Source: Marsupella aquatica
Lineage: Eukaryota > Plantae > Marchantiophyta
Reading direction: 5' to 3'
Length of the DNA stretch: 64,000 nt
Assembly (NCBI GenBank): GCA_973895155.1
Contig: OZ316898.1
Span: 12,861,659-12,925,658, forward strand
The position numbers were made by a program, and so were the translations under genes. This document shows, one piece after another, positions 53,210 through 64,000 of the stretch. Numbering within the stretch: position 1 is the stretch's first letter; every line of letters begins with the position of its first letter. Under the pieces are notes generated by a model. That model was not told the origin of the DNA. It made no database searches and worked only from the letters and a program-made list of their open reading frames with translations.

Positions 53210-55797
53210 TCAAAACAAGCCCAGCATCTTCAACTCATTGATATGTCCAGAATCTAGCTCGGGTGGCTCCTCGTCTTCATTCAAATTTTCCACAACGTAT
53301 TCCTGCAAGAAGAAGTTCTATTTACATTAAAGAACCTGCGCCATTTCAATTATCCAAAATCGATTACGACGAACGGAAGTATATGACATAAGAACTCGGA
53401 TGTCCTCTCTTGAGCCCAAATATGGAATAAAGAGTTGGAGCCATCAGTAACTGAAAAGACATTTCCCATAGTAGCTGAAATGTGAATGACAACCTCTGCC
53501 TCTGGTTAAAAAACAAAAACATCAAGAAAAAACCTGTGAATCCACTTGTAAACCAAGCACTCAACAAGAATTAACACCATGCCTCAAACTTAAGAAATAT
53601 ACCTTGGTCAGTTCCTGCTTTGCAAGAATGTGGTAGTGACGATTGCTTATGTTTTGACCGCATATGATGGCAATAAAGAAGCCATACAGCAATCCTATCA
53701 ATAGAGCTACTGTCACTGCTATGCAAATCAAGACAGCAGTCAGTTTCAGTTCATATTCCAAGCAACCATGAAGGTTACAAACGAACAGGAACATGTGATT
53801 ATAACAAAAACTGGTAGACAGGGTTTTTGAGATTAAATATTGCCACAGAAAAATGACGAGAATGCAGTGTTGCAAAGTAGAGAAATAGACATTGATCTGT
53901 CTGGACCTGACGGATCGCATTATGGCCATTCTTGATGACTAGAAGATTATAAGTGGGTCAAGAAGTTTTACCTACTAAGGCATAAAAACCGAAAGGATGG
54001 CGATCATAGCCAAACATCTCCCTTAATTCATCACCATAAAATGTATACACAAGCAACCCGAGTGAACCAACGACCTGAAGACAGAACCATTTGTGACATG
54101 ATATATCAGGACTATATGATCTGTTCATTCTCAAACATCACGTCGGAATCTTTAGCGAAATTCACAAATTGACCTAAATATTGGCCTGTATGATCTAAAG
54201 TATTAAGAGTCTCATTTTTTTTATAGGAATTCGTACTTTTTACCATATCTGCAATTGACTGAAACAAAATCTGAATTTCTAACTTTAATCCACAAAAGTG
54301 GGACTCGGATTTCTTGTGCCCCTTGAGTCCTGGACAACATTGTGATGTGAGTAGGTGTAGTGGAAGTATCTTGCTTTCATTATCGCCTTCTTCTCTAGAG
54401 CTATGTCGGCACAAAAGTCGTACGACAAATTTCCATCTATCGTAACACTTTGACAAGCTAACCAAACCTCCGGAGAAATTCTCTGGGAGTGGAACGCTGA
54501 AAGTGAAATATATCATAAGAGTCTGAAATTCATGAGAAAGATTCGACTAAGGCTTGTGTGGTGACCTAAAATTCTATTGAATACAACGGAGAGAAGGCCC
54601 AAGAATAAGAACCTTAAAACACAGCGTGCTTGGAAAAGGTTGCACTGTTACGCACCAGTTGTACAATGACGAAGATGGCAGCATGATCTCTGAGAACCAG
54701 GAGTTGGAATTTCAGCCTCAACCACCATCGATCCGGCGGCAAATTCGCTCGCAAATGAAACGCTGACCTACATTCTGTACAATTTGCAAATGCGAAACCT
54801 TCCTGCACCCACCAAGTTTACAAAATTACCGAGTTTGCCAAGAAGCGAATCTAAGGCACAAGAAGTGAGACCAATCAAAACCCTTTTCAAATAAACGACA
54901 GTGATGGTAAACCTTAACCCTGAAATTAAAGAGGTTGACTAGAGCGCGAGATGCTAAAGTGTCTTCCACAAACAGTAATGAAGCACCCTTAGAGGTGGTC
55001 TGTACCTTTGTGGCTCTCCAATTATCAAGACACTCCCTGTGCACATACTTTTGCGTCCCTCTACATCGGCAAGGTGAAATCAGATCATCACCTGCAAATT
55101 GAGATGACAGCTGTCACAAACTCAGAGACTAATAACAACGGCGCAGCAGGAAGGAAAAAAACTTCCGTAATGACCTCCTGCAAAAACTAGATCATGAACC
55201 TGTGCTGAGGGTGAAGGAGGTGGGTTCTTGCTGCAGCCTAAAAACAACTATTGATCAAGAAAAGACTATACTAATTGATGACATCTACAAGAAAATTTAC
55301 ATGAATGAAAACTGAGTACATGTGAGATGTAATTGGTATGTGGATCTACGGCTGGAAAGCAACGACAGATGCGTCAACGTGGGTGCAGTGTTTGAAGTCC
55401 ATGTTCTAAGCTACTAGGACCTAGTAATAATCCCATGTTCAGCAACTCTAGTTTCAATCCTAATGTTCTCCACTGTCATGTCTTCCTTCAAAGCAACTAG
55501 GTGATGCAGATGGATAGTACCTCCAGAATCCAGACAAATGCGGCATTGTGGTTGATCAGGGCTTAGAGGTCCACAATCCCCATCTTTACTCCGGTCGTCA
55601 TAGCTGTCAATTTGAATGAGAGGTATCCCTTCAGCTTCGTCTGATGTGTCTGGTTCGTCCCCAGCAGCACCGGATGTGGAGGCATCTTCATCCGCGTGAG
55701 TCATGAGGCGAGCGACAGCTGCTTCCTCGTCTCCTCCATCATAGGACGAGCATTCCTCCCCGCCAGCTTTCCCCGACTCCGCGCGGCTATATATCAT
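53210..55797 (-). CDS. RING-CH (C4HC3, MARCH-like) membrane E3 ubiquitin ligase; exons 55797-55521, 55091-55006, 54802-54656, 54074-53972, 53718-53603, 53302-53210
   Basis: QCRICLDSG|GDDLISPCRCRGTQKYVHRECLDNWR..|EGFAFANCTECR, two hydrophobic segments, RHYHILAKQELTK|EYVVE..ELKMLGLF*; junctions GT-AG and in frame. Confidence 0.92.
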
Positions 55798-57000
55798 CGT
55801 AGGCCAGTTCAAGCATCCTCCTTGCCCTATTCTACCGGAAGCAAGTCGAAGGGGGACCTCTGATCCAAACCCCTACCCCCTGAATCTGCAACAACTGTCA
55901 GATTGCTGGTGAGTAAGCATCGTTATGTGAGGAATTCATGTAGCCCAGTATATGAAACCCTCAGTCTACGCTTAGCCGGCAATTTCATCCAGAGAGTGTG
56001 CTTTTCGACGTTCAAATCAAATTCCGCGAACTAGAACAGACAGGCACAGTTGGCAATCGACAGAACAAGCTCTCTCTCTGGAGGAAGGAAGCCTGAAACT
56101 AAGTTTACGAAGAGCCCTAAACCAGAAGGGGCAATCCGATTAACATGCACAAACAGAACCACCTCTGGACATTGGAGACATTAAAACAGATTCAGTGTCC
56201 TGAAACAGACTGCGAATCAGCAATACAACTCACTCTGCATTCCTCCCCACGGCCCTACGTTATCGTGAGGAAATCAATTCGAGCATCATAGAATGGAACG
56301 GGATTTTTATTGGTGTTCAGCAGAAGAACTCTGTCTCTAGATCTCTGGAAGCTCTAGGGGCTCTGGAAGAGAAAATTCAGTGTCCCAGAATGAACCGGCG
56401 GTGGCATTAGCATGCAGCAGAACAAATCTCTTCGGGGAAAACGAGAAGTTCAGTCGTACAGCAAAGCTCTTCTGCATTCTCCGTGAACTCAAGCATGAGA
56501 GGGAGCTCTCAATGTTTCTCCGTCGAGAGCGTGCCCCTCATCCTGACTAGTGTTTATTTAAGCTTGACTCCCAATTAAAGTCCCCAAAAGACAAAGAAGC
56601 TCTCTCAACGAATGGAGATGGAGGGGAAATATGTTTATTTTAACCATGGCTCCCAAGTCCAAGTCGCCAAACAGACAAAACAGCTCTCTCTAAGAACTCT
56701 CCACCTAAAGTCCCTAAAAGACAAATAGGCTCTCGCTGGGAATGCAGATGGACTGGGAATGTTTATTTAACCATGGCTCCCGAGTTAAAGTCCCTAAAAG
56801 ACAAATCAGCTCTCGCTAACAACTCTCCAACTAAAAAGTCCCCAAAAGACAAAGAAGCTCTCTCCAGGAATGGAGATGGAGGGGGGATGTTTATTTAGCC
56901 ATAACTCCTCAGTAAAAGTCCCCAAAAAACAAAACAGCTCCCTCTACCGGAGGATGGAGGGGGAGCTGAAGTTTTTTCATTGTTTTCCATCAATATTTAA
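55745..57000 (-). repeat. Left arm of ~1.2 kb inverted duplication (RING-CH upstream region plus first ~17 codons)
   Basis: Reverse complement of ~60460-61610, with high identity over ~55745-56720. Confidence 0.92.
56570..56965. repeat. Degenerate tandem repeats within the duplicated upstream region
   Basis: Repeated AAAGTCCCYAAAAGACAAA..AGCTCTC and GAATGGAGATGGAGGGG; another copy at ~58240-58290 and inverted copies at ~60520-60800. Confidence 0.8.
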
Positions 57001-60000
57001 GTATTTACGGACCCCCATTACCTTTGCAAAATTCCTGGCTCCACAGCGTGCCACATCATCATGGCACGCTGCAAACAGGAAGAGACTTGGTTTTGGATAA
57101 AATTAACTTCTACATTCGTGTTTTGTGGCAAGTTTTCTGTAAAAATTGGGACACCATGCCGGAAAAAAGAATGTAAAAAAAATTGACATGCAAATCAAAA
57201 GACAAAAAGATTGAGGTAAATAACTTTTTTATTTACATTTTGATTTTATTCAAAACATAAAATTTTCTCGGTAGAAATTTTTGATTTGACATTGCTGAGT
57301 CAAATCATAATGAAAACTCACGTATAATATGGCGTTAGAAAGATCTTGAAGAGACGGTCCTGATGAGCTCAGCATTGTCATCATTTGGTAAGAATTGAGT
57401 AAGTAATTTAAAAAATAAATTTTACCCGTGATTTTATAATCTCTAATGTGAATGGAAATCTTTGTTGTACAACCCCTGAAATGTTGACCCCCTCCATGAG
57501 AATGAACCTAAAATTGACAGATTTTATTGAGTACTAAGGAGATTATGAATTTTAAAATTCTTTAGCTTTTTAATGAACTTAACTTTGATAGAGTTAGTTG
57601 AGTTCTGAGGAGATTATAAGTTTCCAATGTTCTTTAGCTTTCCAATGAGTGTAACATTGGGAGATTTTATCAAGTACTAAAGTGGTCATGAATTTCTAAA
57701 TTTCTCTAGCTTTCGATCGATTCCAAATTCCACAATTGGAGATTTGCTTCCATGAAACTTTGTCTTAAATGATTATGCAAAGTTAATGATTTGATGACAC
57801 CGATGACTTCTCTCTCTTCGTCTATCTGCGTGTAGGAATTGAAAGTGATTACTTTCGATGCAACTTGAGTGCATCCAGCATCCCGTCGGTACCCTGGAAG
57901 AAACCGTCAAGCACCGTTTTGCTGAAGTGGGCAATTAAGCTACCCACACATTAAACAATAGTTCACATTGCAACTGGTTTTACGACTGATGTTAATTATG
58001 GTTGCCTTGGTAAGTTTGGCAACTGTTTCAAGTGTCAAACATTGACTTGTCCATTTTTGAATTTTTTTCCTTTAGATTTGGAGGTCCATCTAGGCTTCAG
58101 TTTCTAGATAACTACCTCTTAAATAACATGGGGGTCCACAGATTAATTTTTGAATAGAAAAAGAGATCTGCAAATTTGTCAAATACGTGGCATTCATTTG
58201 GGGAACAGACAAAATGATATCAATATTTAAGCATTTATTTTACCATGACTCCCCCATTTAAAGTCCCTAAAAGAGAAAACAGCTCTCACTAACACAGAGA
58301 GGGAATCTACATTTTCACATATTTTTTATCAATAATTCAGCATTTTTTGAAACAGAAGAGAGATTTGTCATTGTTTGGGTCACTAAAATAGACGGACATG
58401 ATTATTAAATCAAAAATTTGAATCTTTATCAGATCTGACCTCATTAACCAATATTTGTTTTGCCTTGAAACAGAAAGCAGACCCATCCAACATAGGATAG
58501 GCAATTTACTACAGAGCATGCAATTTTGTAGGGCAGTCACAAGGGGACAATACCCAGGGATGACAAGGACACAAACCAGGAGGGAGAAAGGGTTAAACTA
58601 GGGCCCAAAAACGGACACTAAGGGGCTGAGGAGTAAGGAGTAATCCCACCAATAAGGTAATAATGAGGAATACTCACAAAAGTGTCTACCATGGTAAGTG
58701 CTTCTGTTCATATCTCTTAAAATTGATTTACTTTCAAGGATAAGCTTATGCCAAACAGTGCACACTAACATAGAAAGCTGCACTGCAGCTTGTGCTTTAA
58801 GAAGGTGCAAATTTGTGCATGCCATTAACGCAGTTGGGTTCCACATAGTTCATCTACTAATTAAGCTAAAAGCATTTCATTCTAGTGATTAAACTTGACA
58901 CAGCTCATATGAAAGCCTGAAAGAATTATAGGCCACTAGTGTGAATACCCATGCCTATGCACAGGAAGGGCTCCCCATACCAGTCTCCTACTCCCCATGC
59001 GCTTCCATGCTCACATGTATACTAGAGAAATTGCAGCCTTTTGCGCGCTCCACTTTGCAGAGGAGGTCATGAAGAGAAAATTTTGATTGCAATTATAGCA
59101 CACGAGTGACTTAGACTGGTGTTGGAAGCTGGTCAGGTCATTGGAAGGGCCAAGCTCAGGCAGACCATCCGGACCCGAGGACGAACTCCAAGTTCTGAGG
59201 GCTTGAGTGAAAGCTTCTATTGGACCCAAGGCCATAGAAGTGTAGTTCATGCAAAACGGATGCTTGGAGCATGAGATATAGCACGGCTCGGTTGTAGCCG
59301 TCCAAGGCCCCCAACTGACAATGAGGTATGAGGGTCCGGGAATGAGCAATGCGTCGACTCAATCACAATGGGCTAAAGCACTTCACCTACAGATGTCTAA
59401 CCAGAAAGTTATGGGCTAGGCAAGTTAGGTTTGTGTCCAGTCGATTAGATTAGAGTCCAGATAAAGACACAAATAGGGGAAAAGAGTTGGTCTGGGGATG
59501 GCAAGTCTCCAAAATCATATATGAGGGGAGTGGTGTCTCCTAGTTGACCAAGGGCCATCAAGCCCAACTAAGTTGTGATGCTTGGCAGTCACACTACCAA
59601 GGGAAAATGTTAAACGGAAACGACAATATCTCCTCGGCAAGAAGTCCGTTGGAGGAATTTTGGGTGTGTTGGAAAATCTCAAGGAGGGCTACATCCTCCA
59701 GATCTCAGCTTGCATTGGTCGGGGTGCCTTTGGTCCACATGGTTTTCACGGGCTATTTTGCACGCTTGCCAATCCCGAGGCCAATCCTAAAAAAATAGTA
59801 GCAAAGCCGTGTTCAGTTTCCATGAGAGCTTGCATTGGAAAGGCAACGCAAAGTAGGCATGGGTGTTGAGGTCCAAGTTCATCTTTCCCTCGGACTCTCG
59901 GTTGAGTTAGAGCCTTGGAGGATGGTTGCTAGAGTCCTAGTGTTTGGGGCAAGCTTTGAGACAAGCTCGCTAATTGGGTCATGGGCATGTCTTGGAGGTA

Positions 60001-60459
60001 AGGTTGTCAACTGGTGATGGATAAAAAGGGGAACGCTTGGGTGACACTCGATAGAGGGACTGTTTTGGACGAACAATGGGGGCCAATCTTAACTTCAGCT
60101 TATGGCAAGGCCATGTTAGCCTGGGAGACAGCATTTGCTGACCTCTTACTAATGACTGTTGAGCTTGAGGTAAAACAATGATCTTAGGATCCGAGATTAA
60201 GGCGGGTTACTTACCGATGGGGTTGGTTGCATGTGCAAACAATAGAGGCCGTTGAGCAACTGTCATGCTAAGCTAGGAGCAAGTGCGGCTTCATATGGGA
60301 GTTCCCGCAAGCAAGCATACGGGCACCAAGTTGCTTGCTCATAGTGATTTGTGGAAGTGTTTGGGCACCAAGAGTACATAGACAAAGGTACCAATCATTT
60401 TGTCTGTTCCCAATGCCACTTATTTTGACACACAGATCTTTTTTTCTATTTCAAAATCC

Positions 60460-61610
60460 TCAAATATTGATAATAATAATAAAAACAATGAAAAAAGTGA
60501 AAAAATGTCAGCTAGCTTCCCCATCATTCTCCATTCCTAGAGAGTTAGAGAGTTCTTAGAGTGAGCTGTTTTGTTTGTTAGGGAAGTGGGGAGCCATGAC
60601 CAAGTAAACATTCTCCTTCCCATCTCCATTCCTAGAGAGAGCTTCTTTTCCTTTAGGGACTTTAGTTGGCGTCAGAGTTGTTAGAGAGAGCTGTTTTGTC
60701 TATTGGGGGACTTCGACTGTGGAGCCATGGTTAAAATAAAACATTTCCCCTCCATCTCCATTCGTAGAGTGAGCTTCTTTGTCTTTTGGGGACTTTAATT
60801 GGGAGTCAAGCTTAAAATAAACACTAACTCAGGATGAGGGGCACGCTCTCGACGGAGAAATGTTGAGAGCTCCCTCTGATGCTTGTGTTCACGGAGAATG
60901 CAGAACGAGCTTTGCTGTACGACTGAACTTCTCGTTTTCCCCGAAGATATTTGTTCTGCTGCATGCTAATGCCCACCGCCGTTTCATTCTGGGACTCTGA
61001 ATTTTCTCTTCCAGAGCCTCTAGAGCTTCCAGAGACCTAGAGACAGAGTTCTTCTGCTGAACACCAATAAAAATCCCGTTCCATTCTACGATGCTCGAAT
61101 TGATTTCCTCACGATAACGTAGGGCCGTGGAGAGGAATGCAGAGTGAGTTCTATTGCTGATTCGCAGTCTGTTTCAGGGCACTGAATCTGTTTTAATGTC
61201 TCCAATGTCCAGAGGTGGTTCTGTTTGTGCACGTTAATCGCTCTTCGTACACTTGGTTTCAGGCTTCCTTCCTCCAATGAAAGAGCTTGTTCTGTCGATT
61301 GCCAACTGTGCCTGTCTGTTCTTGTTCGCGGAATTTGATTTGAACGTCGAAAAGCACACCCTCTGGATGAAATTCCCGGCTAAGCGTAGACTGAGGGTTT
61401 CATATACTGGGCTAGGCGAATTCCTCACATAATGATGCTTACTCACCAGCTATCTGACAGTTGTTGCAGATTCAGGGGGTAGGGGTTTGGATCAGAGGTC
61501 CCCCTTCGACTTGCTTCCGGTAGAATAGGGCAAGGAGGATACTTGAACTGGCCTACGATGATATATAGCCGCGCGGATTCGGGGAAAGCTGGTGGGGAGG
61601 AATGCTCGTC
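60460..61610 (+). repeat. Right arm of inverted duplication, upstream of Ycf20-like gene
   Basis: E.g. 61441-61610 mirrors 55745-55915; ORF-track peptide 61086-61277 mirrors 56100-56290. Confidence 0.92.
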
Positions 61611-62096
61611 ATTTTGAGGCCATTCTGCTTGCTTCGGTTATTAGAGAGGTACTTCTACTCTTGCCAATTCCGATCTCTAGGCTCTGCTGCAGTGCTGCAG
61701 TGCTGAATTGAGATTTGAGAGGCATCGATCAATTTAGACCGATCCTTCTTGTCGGAGATTTTGAGAGAATCTTTGTAAGTGAATCCACTCTTCCTCTCCC
61801 GGAGCCTTCATTGGTTAGTAGTACGTAATCGCTGGGATGACATTGCAGTCCACCTAAGGAGATCCTTTTGTTGTGATACTTCTTTACCGCTGCCTGCGAG
61901 TTATTTTCGGGAGGTTCAAACTCCAGAAGTATACTGTCAGTCTGGTGGAGCCAACTATACTCTCTTTGGCCATTGTGTGGCTTTTGTGAAAGGCCATCAT
62001 TCTGCAGACCACTGTAGCCACTGTTGCTAGTGTTGATCCTGTCCAGTGATTGTGTCTTGACACTCCTAAATTGGTCAATGTGTCAGGCCCTTTGTG

Positions 62097-62702
62097 ATGG
62101 CTCTTCTGAGCGCTCCTTACCCTCTAACTCGCGGCAGTGCTCTTGAGAAAGGCATACACTTCCATTTCGTCACTAATGGTATAGCCTGTGTTGAGTCGTC
62201 TCACAAGAAAGGTCTGCCCAATTTAAGTGCATCGGTCCGGGTACCAAGTCAGGCAGGCTTTTGGGTTGGAGATAGACAAACCCATGTAGAAGTCCTATAC
62301 AAGTTTAGAACGAAGAGAAGGCTCCAAGGTGATGCGGCTGCTCCAGGATTGAGCCCTAGGGCCCTGCAAGGAGGGGCAAGGGCTCCTCGACGTCTGGTTG
62401 ATTTCGTAAGAGCCATTCCTAAAATATCTAGAGTGTACTTTAAAAGTCCTTTTCGGAGGGCTCTTTATGGGGGAATTTCTCTCTTGGGCGGCTTTTATGT
62501 TGCACAAACGATTTCACTTTCTTTTGGGGCATTGGGAGTGAACGATGTTATTGCAGCTGCTCTGTGTGTGCTCTTTGCAGAGTATGTCACGAAATACTAT
62601 CACACGCGCCCGCAGATGACATTTACCGTAGCCCTAATGAACAATTTTAAGATGGGATTCACATACGGTTTGTTTATTGATGCCTTCAAGCTTGCCAGTT
62701 GA
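62097..62702 (+). CDS. ycf20: Ycf20-like / DUF565 plastid membrane protein (NPQ6-type), single coding exon
   Basis: SPFRRALYGGISLLGGFYVAQTISLSFGALGVND..NNFKMGFTYGLFIDAFKLAS*; first ATG at 62097. Confidence 0.9.
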   Translation: MALLSAPYPLTRGSALEKGIHFHFVTNGIACVESSHKKGLPNLSASVRVPSQAGFWVGDRQTHVEVLYKFRTKRRLQGDAAAPGLSPRALQGGARAPRRLVDFVRAIPKISRVYFKSPFRRALYGGISLLGGFYVAQTISLSFGALGVNDVIAAALCVLFAEYVTKYYHTRPQMTFTVALMNNFKMGFTYGLFIDAFKLAS

Positions 62703-64000
62703 GCCATGCATCCTCTCGATAATTTTGAAAGGTTACTCAACGCTCATGGTTACGATTGTGTGAGGAAATTGGGTCATTCATTCTGTCCAGATTGATATTC
62801 TAAGTTGAGTGTAGGTAATGGATATAAAATGTTTATATTCTGTGTCTTCGTTACAGACTTGATGGATGAGTTCAGCTTTAAGCTGCTACGTTGTGCTTGC
62901 CATGCTTTCGGCTGAGTGACTAAATTTTGTGGCTCCGTGTATGATGATAGAGGTTCACAGTTTCTACGTTGCTAATTACGTGACAGGAATGTGAAGACCC
63001 ATAGCCGGCAGAGAAGTCATTGAAATTGCAGTTGGTTGATACCTTACTTCTAGAAAGCTCTCCTGTTGCTAACCTGATCTTGTGATCGAGCAATTCATCT
63101 GTTTTTCAATTTGCTGAAAATGATGTGAGGGCGGACTTGGGAGCTTGTTCAGATCAAAGAGGCTCGACAATATATTTTGGGGGATTTTGCCTGAATAAGG
63201 TTTACCAAGCAAGGTTTACCAAGCAATTTGTGACCAAAGCACAAAAGTGTTTTGCCATGTCCAGCGGATGAATTCCGACAACCAATAGAGAATTCGATCT
63301 TTCAGTTCAAGAGGGTGGTGCGGGGTTACAACTAAGTCACACTGTAAATTGTGGTCCAAAGAACTCGTATTCTTATTCACTTCAATGCACAGGCTCATTT
63401 TCCTGGGAACATACGATAGATATAAATAAAGAGGGAGAGGAATTTTTACCAAGTTCGAAAGGTAGCCGGACTAACTTTGGTCAGTGTTCGACAGTAGCCC
63501 TACCCTGGAGGCTCTCCCACTCACTTCTCATCTAGGACCCTCATCCCTTACAAACATTTGAAGTGCTTTAAGATGTGGGTTTTTATGAAAGGTGATTTAT
63601 GTGAGAACTACATTTTGAGCTCGAGTCACTCCAGTGACTGAAGGGTTTTTATGGAAGGTGATGTGTGAGAGTTACATTTTGAGCTCTAGATCACTCCTTT
63701 GGTAATCAAAGGAGCTGTAGAGTGTCCCCCACCCCAGGATGGAAGTGATGGACCTTGTCACCAAAACATACTTTACACAGGAAGTGGTGGACCTAGCCAC
63801 CCATTGGCAAAACATACTTTACACAGGCACAACCTTCCAGTTCCGGGCACAACCTTCCAGTTCTCAAGTCATGTCAATAAGATCTTGAACAAGGGTGACA
63901 ACCTTGTAAGGGATGTGAAAGGGACGAGGGAATGATCATATATTCTACTGTAGATAGTCCATGGATGCTCGAGTTCCAAATTCATTGTTGAAAAGGCAAT

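Noticed and set aside
58500-60390. Spacer ORFs between the inverted arms
   Set aside because: Short, non-ATG or motif-less; likely decayed repeat DNA
63185-63860. Small local duplications and short ORFs at the right edge
   Set aside because: Ordinary slippage-type repeats with no coding evidence

Overview
Eukaryotic nuclear DNA from a land plant that makes flagellated sperm (probably a bryophyte, lycophyte or fern), inferred from spliceosomal introns, plant gene families and an axonemal dynein intermediate chain. Genes in order: a possible gene start at the left edge (-); plastid pfkB kinase NARA5-like (-, 5 exons); WDR63/DNAI3 (IC140) dynein intermediate chain (-); a secreted bacterial-type transglutaminase-like protein (+, 3 exons); a membrane-anchored U-box protein (-); an MLO gene (+); an intronless plastid omega-6 desaturase FAD6 (-); a RING-CH membrane E3 ligase (-); a Ycf20/DUF565 gene (+). 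Mobile and repeat content: an internally deleted Ty1/copia element with both LTRs, PBS and PPT; a 2.36 kb element with ~300 bp TIRs and unidentified cargo; a Helitron-like candidate; several tandem arrays. The most unusual structure is a ~1.2 kb inverted duplication giving the divergent RING-CH and Ycf20 genes mirror-image upstream regions, with the RING N-terminus reduced to a uORF in front of Ycf20. All gene models and family assignments were made by eye from motifs; no searches were run.
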